Source: Candidatus Gottesmanbacteria bacterium
GTDB taxonomy: Bacteria > Patescibacteriota > Microgenomatia > UBA10105 > UBA927
Direction: 5' to 3'
NCBI GenBank assembly: GCA_016199185.1
Contig: JACQHE010000039.1
Location: 1-41,943, forward strand
Length of the DNA: 41,943 bases
The notes under the pieces were generated by a model. The model was given only the letters and a program-made list of their open reading frames with translations, had not been told where the DNA came from and ran no database searches. The position numbers and the translations under genes were made by a program. Below are positions 1 to 8,773 of this stretch, piece after piece (position 1 is the stretch's first letter; each line of letters begins with the position of its first letter).

Positions 1-271
1 CCATAGTCCATCCTCCTTTCAACACTGCGAGTGAGTGTAGTTGAGAGTTCAGAAGATTACAAAGGGGAAAACTGCCGTTTTTATCATGCAGTTAAATGAA
101 CACTACCAGCAAGCGTAGGCATTTTGCGCCTCTGTTTTGTTGGCTTGAAAATTGCTCTTTAACACCGCCGCGCAAACCTCCTATCGCGCACTTGTGCCGA
201 GAAATGGAGAGCCAACACTGGGTTGACTCTAAATCTTTACGCTCGGCGCAAAGAAGCGCCAGGAGGATGAG

Positions 272-757
272 ATGAATACAAGAATGATAGCTATAGGTTT
301 GCTGCTCATTGTCGCGGGGACATTACTCATGGTAGCCGTCGCGATGCAGCCGCTACCCGCGCCGACCGCCACCACGACGCCCGACCCCACCCAGACCGCC
401 CGGGTGGAGTACGTCGTCGTCACCGCAACGCAGAATCCCGCCCTCGGCGTGGTCCAAACCGACTCGGTCGCCGTGATTGCTCACCGCAGCGAAACCATCG
501 AGAACGTTGTGACGGTCTTTTCGATCAATGCTGTGGGCTGGGGAGTGTACGGTTATCCCTGCCCATCGCTAAAGGGCGTCCACTTCTTGCCCTCTTCGGG
601 AGGCATTACCTACGGCCAGGAGGGCAACGTCTGGATTGAAATCGATGACGATGCTATGACAGGATACTGTCAAGGTGAAATCGTCATCACGTTTCTTTCA
701 AAAGACAATCGGACGGAGAAGCATACCGTCAAGTTCCAACTGACGGTCTTGCCATAG
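272..757 (+). CDS. hypothetical membrane-anchored / secreted protein
   Basis: 161-aa ORF with AGGAGG just upstream of the ATG. N-terminal hydrophobic helix (IAIGLLLIVAGTLLMVAVA) followed by a Pro/Thr-rich linker. No family recognised. Confidence 0.5.
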   Translation: MNTRMIAIGLLLIVAGTLLMVAVAMQPLPAPTATTTPDPTQTARVEYVVVTATQNPALGVVQTDSVAVIAHRSETIENVVTVFSINAVGWGVYGYPCPSLKGVHFLPSSGGITYGQEGNVWIEIDDDAMTGYCQGEIVITFLSKDNRTEKHTVKFQLTVLP

Positions 758-767
758 CGCGGTGGTG

Positions 768-848
768 ACCGGGTGGGGCGGAAAGCTCTGTACTGTGCGC
801 TTCTCATAGCGCTCTTTACATCTTTTCGTCCCACCCGGTACCTTTTTT
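768..848 (+). terminator. candidate intrinsic terminator (long-loop hairpin plus T6)
   Basis: ACCGGGTGGG (768-777) is the perfect reverse complement of CCCACCCGGT (830-839), followed by TTTTTT at 843-848. The loop is unusually long (52 nt). Confidence 0.35.
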
Positions 849-1035
849 CTTCTGTTTCACCGGCAATCCCCACAATCGTCCAAAATACCAGTTCCTCTGC
901 GATAGACGTTACGTTGGTTTGGGAATGAAAAAGATAGAGGAGGAGAGCAAAAAGGAGCGTTCGGTACGAGGTGCGAAAGTAAAGAGACCGGTGTGCTTGC
1001 CGTGATGGAGAAAACTTCATACAATAGGGAGTGTC

Positions 1036-1857
1036 ATGAGAGAGATAGCAAAAATCGCGGTTTTTAAAGGGAAAGCGATTCGGAAAACAATCTACAACAA
1101 TGAATGGTGGTTTTCGGTGATTGATGTATGTGATGCACTCACGGCGAGCACTGATGCCGGAGCCTATTGGAGAAAGTTGAAACAGAGACTGAAAGAAGAA
1201 GGAAGCGAGGTCGTGACATTTTGTCACGGACTGAAATTGGAAGCATCTGACGGAAAAAAATATGAAACCGACTGCGCCAACACCGAAACGATGCTTCGTA
1301 TCATCCAGTCCGTTCCTTCTCCCAAAGCAGAACCGTTCAAGCGGTGGCTCGCACGCGTCGGGTATGAGCGGGTGCAGGAGATTGAAGACCCGGAGCTTGC
1401 CATGAAGAGGATGAAAGCCATCTATGAGCAGAAAGGCTATCCCAAAGATTGGATCGAAAAGCGGGTGCGCGGCATTGCGGTTCGAGGCGAACTCACCGAC
1501 GAATGGAAAAACCGGGGAGCACAAGAACAGATTGAATACGCTATTCTCACCAATGATATCATGAAAGGAGCGTTTGCGTTGACGGTGGAGGAATACAAGA
1601 ACCTGAAAGGTTTGCAGCGGGAGAATCTGCGCGATCACATGAATGACATCGAACTTATCCTCACAATGCTTGGGGAGGTGACGAGCACAAAACTTCATCG
1701 TGACCGTGATTCGCAAGGGTTTCCACAGCTTGACCGAGATGCCAAAGATGGCGGGGCAGTCGCCGGCCGGACCAGAAAAGACATCGAGCGGCAGTCGGGT
1801 AAACGCGTAGTAAGCGGCGAGAATTATTTACCTGAGAAACGCAATAAAAACTTATGA
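1036..1857 (+). CDS. Bro-N / DinD-like DNA-binding protein (paralogue 1)
   Basis: 273-aa ORF. The N-terminus IAVFKGKAIRKTIYNNEWWFSVIDVCDAL fits the Bro-N pattern. It shares long identical runs (SPKAEP, WLARVGYER, EYAILTN, ENLRDHM) with the ORF at 24998-25870. TACAAT lies at 1020-1025 upstream. Confidence 0.6.
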   Translation: MREIAKIAVFKGKAIRKTIYNNEWWFSVIDVCDALTASTDAGAYWRKLKQRLKEEGSEVVTFCHGLKLEASDGKKYETDCANTETMLRIIQSVPSPKAEPFKRWLARVGYERVQEIEDPELAMKRMKAIYEQKGYPKDWIEKRVRGIAVRGELTDEWKNRGAQEQIEYAILTNDIMKGAFALTVEEYKNLKGLQRENLRDHMNDIELILTMLGEVTSTKLHRDRDSQGFPQLDRDAKDGGAVAGRTRKDIERQSGKRVVSGENYLPEKRNKNL

Positions 1858-4001
1858 AACGATCGTTTTTTAGGAGAGGCAGGCGGCGGTACAAGAGGCG
1901 CTCGCCCTTTCACTTCAAACTCAAACAGCAGACGGTGTATACCGTGGGCGCTATCTGGCTCTGGTTGTTTGCGGCAGTCGTAACGTTTTCCTTTTCCGGT
2001 GAAGGGGCGGTGCTTATGGCGCTTCGCGACGCCCTTACCGCGCACGTCGGCTGGATCATGTACCTCCTGCCGCCGTTTTTGGTTTCGGCGAGCTTTCTCT
2101 TCTTTAAGGTAAAAAGCGACATCGGCAAGCCTAATGTGCCGATGGGGTTGGGGCTCATGCTCGTGTCCCTGGCAACTCTTACCCGGGCCGGGGATGTGGG
2201 CGTCCTATTCTGGTCGGTCCTATCCGCGGCAATTGCGCCGGAAGGCGCCATTGTGGTGGCGCTGGGAATCTTTATGATGAGCCTCATGGTGCTTTTTAAT
2301 GCCTCACTTGACCGGGTGATGAACTTTCTTTTTCTGGGCGTGCAGGCGCTGTTTGAGTGGGCAAATAGCATCCTTGAGGCAGTCACCGGGAAGTCAAACA
2401 AACCATTGTATGGACCAGAAGTGAAACCGATCCTTAAAATCAAGGGCGTTGACGAGGGCAAGGCGCTTGCCAAAGCGCCGATTGCTCCGCCGCCGGTTCC
2501 GGTCAAATCAGAGCTGAAGATTCAAAGTCCCATGACGAATGCGCCGGACGGCTCGGCAATATGGGAGTACCCGCCGCTGTCGCTTCTGTCTGACGGCCCG
2601 AGCGGCAAAGCAGACCGGGGAGACGTGCGCGACAATGCCCAAATTATTGAGAAAACGTTGGATGGGTTTGGCATAAAGGCAGATGTCGTGGAAGTGAACA
2701 AAGGGCCTGCGGTTACGCAATATGCGCTTGAGATTGCCTTGGGCACGAAAGTATCCAAAATCACCGCGTTATCCAGTGACCTGGCCCTGGCTTTGGCCGC
2801 TCCCACCGGCCAGGTAAGGATCGAAGCGCCGATTCCGGGAAGAAAGCTGGTCGGCATAGAGATACCCAATCGCGGTTTGGAGTTTGTAACGCTTAAAAAT
2901 ATGCTCGGATCCGACACGATGCGTAAATCCAAGAGTAAATTGACGGTTGCTCTGGGGCTTGATGTGTCCGGAAGTCCCGTGATAGCTGATATCGGGAAAA
3001 TGCCTCATGTCCTGGTTGCCGGTACGACGGGCTCGGGAAAATCTGTCCTTATTAATTCATGGATCTGCTCGCTTCTGTTTCGTACGACCCCGCAGGAAGT
3101 GCGCCTCATTATGGTGGATCCCAAAAGAGTGGAACTTGCCGGTTATAACGGCATCCCGCATCTGTTGACTCCGGTTATCGTGGAGCCGGATAAGATTCTC
3201 TCCTCGCTTCGCTGGGCGATGGGAGAAATGGAAAACCGTTATAAACAGTTTGCTCAAGTCGGAGTGAGAAATATCGATGGGTTCAATGAACTTTCCGGCT
3301 TTCAGGCAATTCCATATATCGTCATTTTTGTCGATGAACTGGCAGATCTGATGGCGTACGCGCCGGTTGAGGTAGAGGACAGCATCTGCCGATTGGCGCA
3401 GATGGCCAGAGCAACCGGCATCCATCTGGTGGTATCCACGCAGCGGCCGTCTGTTGACGTCATTACGGGACTTATCAAAGCCAATATACCGGCAAGGATC
3501 GCATTTAACGTTTCCTCCATGGTGGACTCACGGGTGATCATCGACATGCCCGGTGCCGAGAAGATGTTGGGCCGCGGAGACATGCTTTACGTCCCGCCGG
3601 ATCAGGCCAAACCCAGCCGCATCCAGGGCACGTTCGTCTCCGAGGTTGAGGTCAATAAAGTCGTGGAGTTTCTGCGTACGAAGAACGTTCCCGTCGAGTA
3701 TACGGAAGAAGTGACGAGCCTCTCCGTGCCGGTGGGCGGCAAGAAAGGGATGATGGGCACCGTAGGCGGCGACGGGCACGATCACCTGTTTGAAGACGCT
3801 ATCCGGCTCGTGTGCCAGTATGATAAAGCCAGCGCGTCGCTTCTGCAGCGCCGGCTTTCGATCGGCTACGCGCGGGCGGCACGCATCCTGGATCAGCTGG
3901 AAGCCTCCGGCATCATTGGACCGGGGGAAGGCAGCAAACCCCGTGACGTGCTTATGAAAAATGCGGAAGAGTACCTTTCGCAGCAAGCACAACAGCAATG
4001 A
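1854..4001 (+). CDS. ftsK: DNA translocase FtsK/SpoIIIE
   Basis: 715 aa with N-terminal TM helices. Walker A is GTTGSGKS and Walker B is IVIFVDELADL. C-terminal gamma winged-helix reads LLQRRLSIGYARAARILDQLEASGIIGP. ATGA overlap with the upstream stop. Confidence 0.95.
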   Translation: MKRSFFRRGRRRYKRRSPFHFKLKQQTVYTVGAIWLWLFAAVVTFSFSGEGAVLMALRDALTAHVGWIMYLLPPFLVSASFLFFKVKSDIGKPNVPMGLGLMLVSLATLTRAGDVGVLFWSVLSAAIAPEGAIVVALGIFMMSLMVLFNASLDRVMNFLFLGVQALFEWANSILEAVTGKSNKPLYGPEVKPILKIKGVDEGKALAKAPIAPPPVPVKSELKIQSPMTNAPDGSAIWEYPPLSLLSDGPSGKADRGDVRDNAQIIEKTLDGFGIKADVVEVNKGPAVTQYALEIALGTKVSKITALSSDLALALAAPTGQVRIEAPIPGRKLVGIEIPNRGLEFVTLKNMLGSDTMRKSKSKLTVALGLDVSGSPVIADIGKMPHVLVAGTTGSGKSVLINSWICSLLFRTTPQEVRLIMVDPKRVELAGYNGIPHLLTPVIVEPDKILSSLRWAMGEMENRYKQFAQVGVRNIDGFNELSGFQAIPYIVIFVDELADLMAYAPVEVEDSICRLAQMARATGIHLVVSTQRPSVDVITGLIKANIPARIAFNVSSMVDSRVIIDMPGAEKMLGRGDMLYVPPDQAKPSRIQGTFVSEVEVNKVVEFLRTKNVPVEYTEEVTSLSVPVGGKKGMMGTVGGDGHDHLFEDAIRLVCQYDKASASLLQRRLSIGYARAARILDQLEASGIIGPGEGSKPRDVLMKNAEEYLSQQAQQQ

Positions 4002-4654
4002 AAACCGTCGGTTCAATTCTTCGAGAAGCCAGAGAGGCAAAACATGTTACGTTTGCGCAGATTGAGGCTGCTACCAAAATCCGTGCAAAGTTTTTGGAAG
4101 CCATCGAAGCAGACGATTACAGCCTTCTTCCGTCACAAGCGTACGCGAAGGGTTTTGTGAAAAATTATGCAGATTTTGTAGGCATTTCTAGCGCCACAAT
4201 TCTTGCTTTTTTTCGGCGCCAGACCCGGGAGGCGGCCAAATCCGCGATTCTTCCGAAAGGTGTCGCACAGCACCTTAACCGTACGTGGCTCCAGCTGACG
4301 CCGGGGAGATTTCTCATCTTTCTTTTTGTAGGACTGGTCGTCACCTTCCTTATCTATCTGGGTATCCAGTACGGGAAGCTCCGGAATCCTCCGGGGCTCA
4401 CTATCGAAGCGCCCAAAGAGGGCGCCTTCGTCACGGCCAAAAAAGTGGATGTGCTCGGGGCGGCGGACGGGGACGCAACCGTGACGGTCAACGGCATTTC
4501 CGTATTAGTGCGAAGTGACGGCAAGTTCTTTGACCAGGTGACGCTTGAGCCGGGAGGCAATACGATCATCGTAACCGCCACCAGCCGCTACGGCAAGGAA
4601 ACGACCGTGACGAGAAACGTGACGTATCAGGGGGAAGAGTCAAATCCTCGTTGA
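3998..4654 (+). CDS. RodZ-like HTH membrane protein
   Basis: 218 aa. N-terminal XRE/RodZ-type HTH (LREAREAKHVTFAQIEAATKIRAKFLEAIE), one TM helix (FLIFLFVGLVVTFLIYLGI), then a beta-rich C-terminal domain. ATGA overlap with ftsK. Confidence 0.7.
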   Translation: MKTVGSILREAREAKHVTFAQIEAATKIRAKFLEAIEADDYSLLPSQAYAKGFVKNYADFVGISSATILAFFRRQTREAAKSAILPKGVAQHLNRTWLQLTPGRFLIFLFVGLVVTFLIYLGIQYGKLRNPPGLTIEAPKEGAFVTAKKVDVLGAADGDATVTVNGISVLVRSDGKFFDQVTLEPGGNTIIVTATSRYGKETTVTRNVTYQGEESNPR

Positions 4655-4659
4655 CAGTA

Positions 4660-4775
4660 AAGAAGTCAAGAGTGTAAAGTACAAAGTACAGAGAAAGTAC
4701 AAAGTACACACAGTACAAAGTACAAAAAAGAAATGCGTGCTTCCTTTATACTCTTGACTGTGTACTTTTGACTCG
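4660..4775. repeat. family-A word-repeat hairpin element, copy 1
   Basis: GTACAAAGTACA occurs at 4679, 4697 and 4713. GTCAAGAGTGTAAAG (4665-4679) pairs with CTTTATACTCTTGAC (4744-4758) with one G-U. It shares words with 36216-36299. Confidence 0.7.
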
Positions 4776-4793
4776 CTTTGCTTTTTCCTGCCT

Positions 4794-5057
4794 ATGGATC
4801 CTGTCCAACTTACCATCATCGCAGTTAGCCTTGTCCTCACGGCGCTCTTCGTCTTCCTCGGCGTCCAAGTGTGGCTTATCCTCAAGGAAATGCGCACGTC
4901 GCTGCAAAAAGTGAATACCATGCTAACCGATGCAACCAAAGTGACGGGTACGGTGAGCGAAGGGTTTACCAGTGTCGCGGGTCTGGTGAGCGGGCTGAAA
5001 GCCGGACTATCATTATTTAGCGCGTTTCGCGGGAAGAAAGGAGACGATCATGAGTAA
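4794..5057 (+). CDS. small membrane protein, DUF948/YtxG-like
   Basis: 87 aa with an N-terminal TM helix followed by a helical Ser/Gly/Thr-rich tail. It overlaps the YtxH-like gene by 8 nt. The pairing recalls the Bacillus ytxG-ytxH arrangement (from memory). Confidence 0.45.
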   Translation: MDPVQLTIIAVSLVLTALFVFLGVQVWLILKEMRTSLQKVNTMLTDATKVTGTVSEGFTSVAGLVSGLKAGLSLFSAFRGKKGDDHE

Positions 5058-5352
5058 CGACAATCATCACGACAATCGCTTTTGGTTTGGATTTTTCCTG
5101 GGCGGGCTTTTGGGCGCGCTCATCCTTTTTTTCATGGGCACCAAGGAGGGTAAAAAGACGGGTAAGCTCCTGGAGGATAAGATTGAAGAGATAGAAAAAC
5201 GCGGGCTGCAGCTGAAAGAAGACGTAAAAGAAGAGGCAGCAGAGAAATTAGATGATGCACTTGCCCACATCGAGAAATTGCAGGAGCAAAGTGTGGAAAC
5301 GACCAAACACATCCGGAGCCGCTTCTTCAAAAATCTTCCCAAAAGACGATAG
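5050..5352 (+). CDS. YtxH-like protein
   Basis: 100 aa. N-terminal glycine-zipper helix FWFGFFLGGLLGALILFFMG followed by a charged coiled region, typical of YtxH-domain proteins. Confidence 0.6.
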   Translation: MSNDNHHDNRFWFGFFLGGLLGALILFFMGTKEGKKTGKLLEDKIEEIEKRGLQLKEDVKEEAAEKLDDALAHIEKLQEQSVETTKHIRSRFFKNLPKRR

Positions 5353-5745
5353 TTACTCCATCTTTTTGAGATTCTGCCAGACGCCGATGACGTTACTCTC
5401 CGTATCTTTGATGCGGGCGTAGAGGCCCATGTCCGCAACCTGCATTTTTGGCATAACGACCACGGCGCCTGCGGCTGTGGCCTTGGCGAGCGCTTCATCC
5501 AGATTGGCGACGTTGATAACAATGACCGGAGTTTCTCCCGGTGCCCTGCGCTTCTCCATCCCGCCGTTGATCGCCCCGGGTTTCGTGGGCATTTGTTTGT
5601 CATCAATCGGTGTGGTGTAGACCATGAAATACTCCATGCCGGGCATGGGAGCTTTGACGATGTTCCACCCGAATACGTCGCGATAAAACTTCTGCGCTCT
5701 GGCCGTATCATCCGCCGGAATTTCAAAGTGCACGACACTGTCCAT
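5353..5745 (-). CDS. VOC / glyoxalase-bleomycin resistance family protein
   Basis: 130 aa. Starts VVHFEIPADDTARAQKFYRDVFGW, the typical VOC beta-alpha-beta-beta-beta opening. GGAGG Shine-Dalgarno upstream. Confidence 0.8.
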   Translation of the reverse strand: MDSVVHFEIPADDTARAQKFYRDVFGWNIVKAPMPGMEYFMVYTTPIDDKQMPTKPGAINGGMEKRRAPGETPVIVINVANLDEALAKATAAGAVVVMPKMQVADMGLYARIKDTESNVIGVWQNLKKME

Positions 5746-5822
5746 ATGTTTGTCCTCCTTCGAATAATGAACACCTACGTTGTGTTCTGTACGTTATCAT
5801 ACAAAAGAAACACAGGAGTTGG

Positions 5823-6536
5823 CTAGAGGGAAAAATCAACGGCAGAACAGGCGAGGAGGCGCGTGGTGTCGATTATGGGAAGAGGAGAACTATGATCGGT
5901 GATGATAAGCGGCAGTTCAGTGCAGGCGAGGATGACGGCATCCGCGCCCTTTCTTTTGTACTGTGCCATGATACCGAGAATTTCCTTCGTTGAGTCCTCC
6001 TCGCATATTCCTTTAACAAGCTCGCTATAGATAATCTCGTTGATTCGTTTTCTCTCCCGATCATTGGGATAGGTTGGTGTGACTTTTTGTTTGAGAAGCG
6101 TTTCATCATAGAGATGGTCATCCATCGTGATTCCAACGCCGAGAATAAGCGGGCGCCTGTATTTTTTAGCGTTACATTCGTCGGCAACGATGGTAAGAAG
6201 GTTAATGACCGGGATCGGTGAGTTCTCCTGAATTTCCTTGATGGCAAAGTGGATGGAGTTGGCAGGAATCACGGCAAACTGAACTCCGACTGATGCGAGT
6301 TTTTGTATTGATCCAAGAAGAATAGAAGCGACGCTGTGCCAATCTTTTTTGACTTGCGCTTGGTAGATCGTATCAAAGGTCGGATGGGTGAGGGTAATCT
6401 CCGGATGCCTGCGCTCCCCAAGGATTTTTTCGGACTCGGATATGATTGTTTGGTAGCAAAGTGCCGCGCCCGGGGCAGTCACCGCCACGATACCGATGTG
6501 TTTATGTGGCTTTTCCTGCAGTTTTTTTAAGTTCAT
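5823..6536 (-). CDS. Asp/Glu/hydantoin racemase family protein
   Basis: 237 aa. ILACTELP (second catalytic Cys motif) is present. The first motif reads IPANSIH, with Ala where Cys/Thr is usual. Confidence 0.75.
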   Translation of the reverse strand: MNLKKLQEKPHKHIGIVAVTAPGAALCYQTIISESEKILGERRHPEITLTHPTFDTIYQAQVKKDWHSVASILLGSIQKLASVGVQFAVIPANSIHFAIKEIQENSPIPVINLLTIVADECNAKKYRRPLILGVGITMDDHLYDETLLKQKVTPTYPNDRERKRINEIIYSELVKGICEEDSTKEILGIMAQYKRKGADAVILACTELPLIITDHSSPLPIIDTTRLLACSAVDFSL

Positions 6537-6870
6537 GGTAGAGGTTGTCTTCTATCTCAATCTCGCCAGAATGTAATCGTTGTTTCGTTATACGGTCGCC
6601 GCGCTCGCCCGGCATGAAGATTTCTTTTACACCCGGAAGTTTCTTTGTCTTCTTGACATGCGCGATAAGCGTGGAAACATTTTTGGCAAACTCTTTTCGG
6701 TCGGTCAGGATTTCCGGATCGATCGCGATGACAAGATTGCCCCAGTTGGTTGCCGTATCGCCGATGCCGGTGAAGGATGCGCCGACCAGCGGTCCGGTGA
6801 GAATCTCGACCATGAGGGCAAGTCCGGCGCTTTTGTAACTTTTATCAAATGGCCGGAGTGCGCCATTCAT
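6502..6870 (-). CDS. Ldh_2 family (malate/L-lactate/sulfolactate) dehydrogenase, C-terminal fragment (frameshifted)
   Basis: 122-aa ORF. Its frame stays open upstream of the Met as IDEAKTAGRKIPPDIAYDSEGNLTDDPGKA, continuing the N-terminal fragment in another frame. Confidence 0.7.
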   Translation of the reverse strand: MNGALRPFDKSYKSAGLALMVEILTGPLVGASFTGIGDTATNWGNLVIAIDPEILTDRKEFAKNVSTLIAHVKKTKKLPGVKEIFMPGERGDRITKQRLHSGEIEIEDNLYHELKKTAGKAT

Positions 6871-6890
6871 GGCTTTTCCCGGATCATCCG

Positions 6891-7496
6891 TCAGGTTACC
6901 CTCGCTATCGTAGGCGATATCCGGTGGGATTTTCCGGCCTGCGGTTTTTGCTTCGTCAATCCGTAATAGGCCATGGCAGCAGTAGCCATGTCCAAAACAA
7001 TTGGATCTTGGGATGTAGGAATTCCGATGGCCACCGGATTAGTGCCGAAGATTGGTTCATACGATCCGTGGTACGAAACGGTCTCGGGCGATCCGGCAAA
7101 GACAAAACCGATGAGTCCTTCCCGCGCGATTTGTCCGGCCCAGTATCCGAGCGCGCCGGTCGAACTGTTCGTATTATTTGTTCCGACGATGCCAATTCCA
7201 TGCTTTTTCGCTTTGGTGAGTGACATATCCACGGTTTTTTTGATGACCACGGCGCCGGGATTATGATGGCCGTTGATGCGGGCTGAAAGCTTGGTTTCTT
7301 TTTCTATGGTTATGTCACCCGCCTGCGGGTTTTTCGGGATGCCTTTGCCGATGAGTTTGACGAGCCCCTGGTTATTGCCCCGAAGTTGGGCATACATGAG
7401 CATGCCCCGGATAACAGGAATCTCCTCATCGTTATAGCCATATCTTTTAAGTGCTTGCGTGGCAAGCGATTCCAATTCAGAGATTTTTACTTTCAT
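6891..7496 (-). CDS. Ldh_2 family dehydrogenase, N-terminal fragment (frameshifted)
   Basis: 201-aa ORF with Ldh_2-type sequence up to DMATAAMAYYG, then an out-of-frame tail. The frame break lies near 6960. GGGAGG SD upstream. Confidence 0.7.
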   Translation of the reverse strand: MKVKISELESLATQALKRYGYNDEEIPVIRGMLMYAQLRGNNQGLVKLIGKGIPKNPQAGDITIEKETKLSARINGHHNPGAVVIKKTVDMSLTKAKKHGIGIVGTNNTNSSTGALGYWAGQIAREGLIGFVFAGSPETVSYHGSYEPIFGTNPVAIGIPTSQDPIVLDMATAAMAYYGLTKQKPQAGKSHRISPTIARVT

Positions 7497-7610
7497 GATG
7501 ACCTCCCTCGGATAACCAATGTATTACCATATCTTCGATACAAAGAAAAGAGCAGTTCCGGGGGGGGATGCGAGCGGATGCGTGTCCTTCGGCAGAGGGA
7601 AAAAGTTTTT

Positions 7611-7691
7611 TCATGGCGTGACGATGGTAAATCCGGCGCGTTTGAAATGGTTGTCAAAGGTGGCAACGTGGGTAAGTCCCAGCTGTTTCAT
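7611..7691 (-). pseudogene. PIN-domain (VapC-like) toxin, C-terminal remnant
   Basis: 26-aa ORF MKQLGLTHVATFDNHFKRAGFTIVTP matches the characteristic PIN C-terminus (T-x-D-x-x-F with the last acidic residue). An in-frame stop lies immediately upstream and no N-terminal part is present. Confidence 0.35.
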
Positions 7692-7700
7692 AGTAAGAGA

Positions 7701-8159
7701 TCAATCAATACCATAGATGATTTTATCTTCTTCCGATGCTCCCATGGGTTTGTTTGGAGTGCGTGAAGGCTTCTTTATTATATCCCACATTGCCTGATAG
7801 TGAGATTGTTTTGATTTTTTTTGTTCTTTTTGAAGATCAAGCTCGGATTTCAGCCAGTCGGCGTATTTGTTAGACATGTGGGTGATGGGGAGGGCGAAGA
7901 TCGCTGGATTGGAATAGGTGTGGAGCTTGAGCACTTCTTTTTCTACTGCCACATAGTGCTTCTCCACAGTTTTACAAAGAAGGATCACTTCATCGGCTTC
8001 TTCGATGTAGTTTTTCCCCGGCGGCCAGAGGTATGCCGAGTGCATGCCGGGAATGATATTAATGCACCCCACGAGCCGTTTTTTGAGGAGCTGCCGCCCA
8101 ATATCCTCCGCCTGCTCTTTTGACTCACAGGTGATGTAAACGAGAATCATGGTGATCAT
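7701..8159 (-). CDS. cutA: CutA divalent-cation tolerance protein with C-terminal extension
   Basis: 152 aa. The first ~105 aa are CutA1-like (ILVYITCESKEQAEDIGRQLLKKRLVGCINIIPGM...YLW). A ~45-aa Lys/Gln-rich tail has no recognised family. Confidence 0.75.
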   Translation of the reverse strand: MITMILVYITCESKEQAEDIGRQLLKKRLVGCINIIPGMHSAYLWPPGKNYIEEADEVILLCKTVEKHYVAVEKEVLKLHTYSNPAIFALPITHMSNKYADWLKSELDLQKEQKKSKQSHYQAMWDIIKKPSRTPNKPMGASEEDKIIYGID

Positions 8160-8755
8160 ACTATTGCTCGGATTCGTCCAATGCGCTTTTTTAGCTCAAA
8201 TTGGATGGGTGCATAGATAGTGAGATCAACAAGAAGGATGTAGAGTGGAAAGCCATAGTGGGCTAGTGTCCAATCGGTGACAGTCAATAAAGTAAGCAGT
8301 CCATTAATCGCAGCGGCAAGCCATATCCAACCAACTTCAGTTTCGGGGTGGTGATATGCTTTTACGATAGTCGGCACTGCCGCCAGTCCGTCGGCGGCGA
8401 TGCTTAGTAAAATCGCGATATTCCCCTCTTTTGTTATAAGCCACAGGATAAGTGCAAGAAGTGAAAGCGCGCCGCAGGTTAAATCAAACCGAGTTATTTT
8501 CCATTCTGCTTTTTTATTTACAAAAGACGCAAGAAATATGAGGAGCGGTAGAAAACCAACGCTAAACGTCATGAGCGATTGGATGCCGACGCCTTTTTGG
8601 ACTTCGGCGGTAAACGCAATAAGCGGGGCGATGGACCACAAGAGAAATGAAACGCGATTCGGTTTGACGGTGCCTCGTATCGTATCAACGAGATACCAGA
8701 GAGCGCCAATTGATCCTATGACTGCGCCGATTATGACGAAGTAGGAGGGTAGCAT
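8156..8755 (-). CDS. integral membrane protein, unknown family
   Basis: 199 aa with about 6 hydrophobic helices. 4-nt overlap with cutA. Confidence 0.6.
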   Translation of the reverse strand: MLPSYFVIIGAVIGSIGALWYLVDTIRGTVKPNRVSFLLWSIAPLIAFTAEVQKGVGIQSLMTFSVGFLPLLIFLASFVNKKAEWKITRFDLTCGALSLLALILWLITKEGNIAILLSIAADGLAAVPTIVKAYHHPETEVGWIWLAAAINGLLTLLTVTDWTLAHYGFPLYILLVDLTIYAPIQFELKKRIGRIRAIV

Positions 8756-8773
8756 GGTTGGAGTATATCAGAC

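Noticed and set aside
1-271. Start of a leftward gene (AGGAGG then ATG, reverse strand at 2-4) and possible RNA in the 270-nt leader region
   Set aside because: Only the start codon lies in the window. I could not recognise any tRNA, riboswitch or other RNA fold by eye.
670-1716. 348-aa minus-strand ORF
   Set aside because: It lies antisense to the well-supported Bro-N-like gene and to the end of the 272-757 ORF. It has odd composition, no recognisable family and no ribosome-binding site, so it is treated as a shadow ORF.
4677-4724. Tandem GTACAAAGTACA units as a possible mini-CRISPR array
   Set aside because: The units are 12-14 nt with 4-6 nt spacers, far below CRISPR repeat and spacer sizes. 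No cas genes are present. It is better explained as part of a hairpin element.
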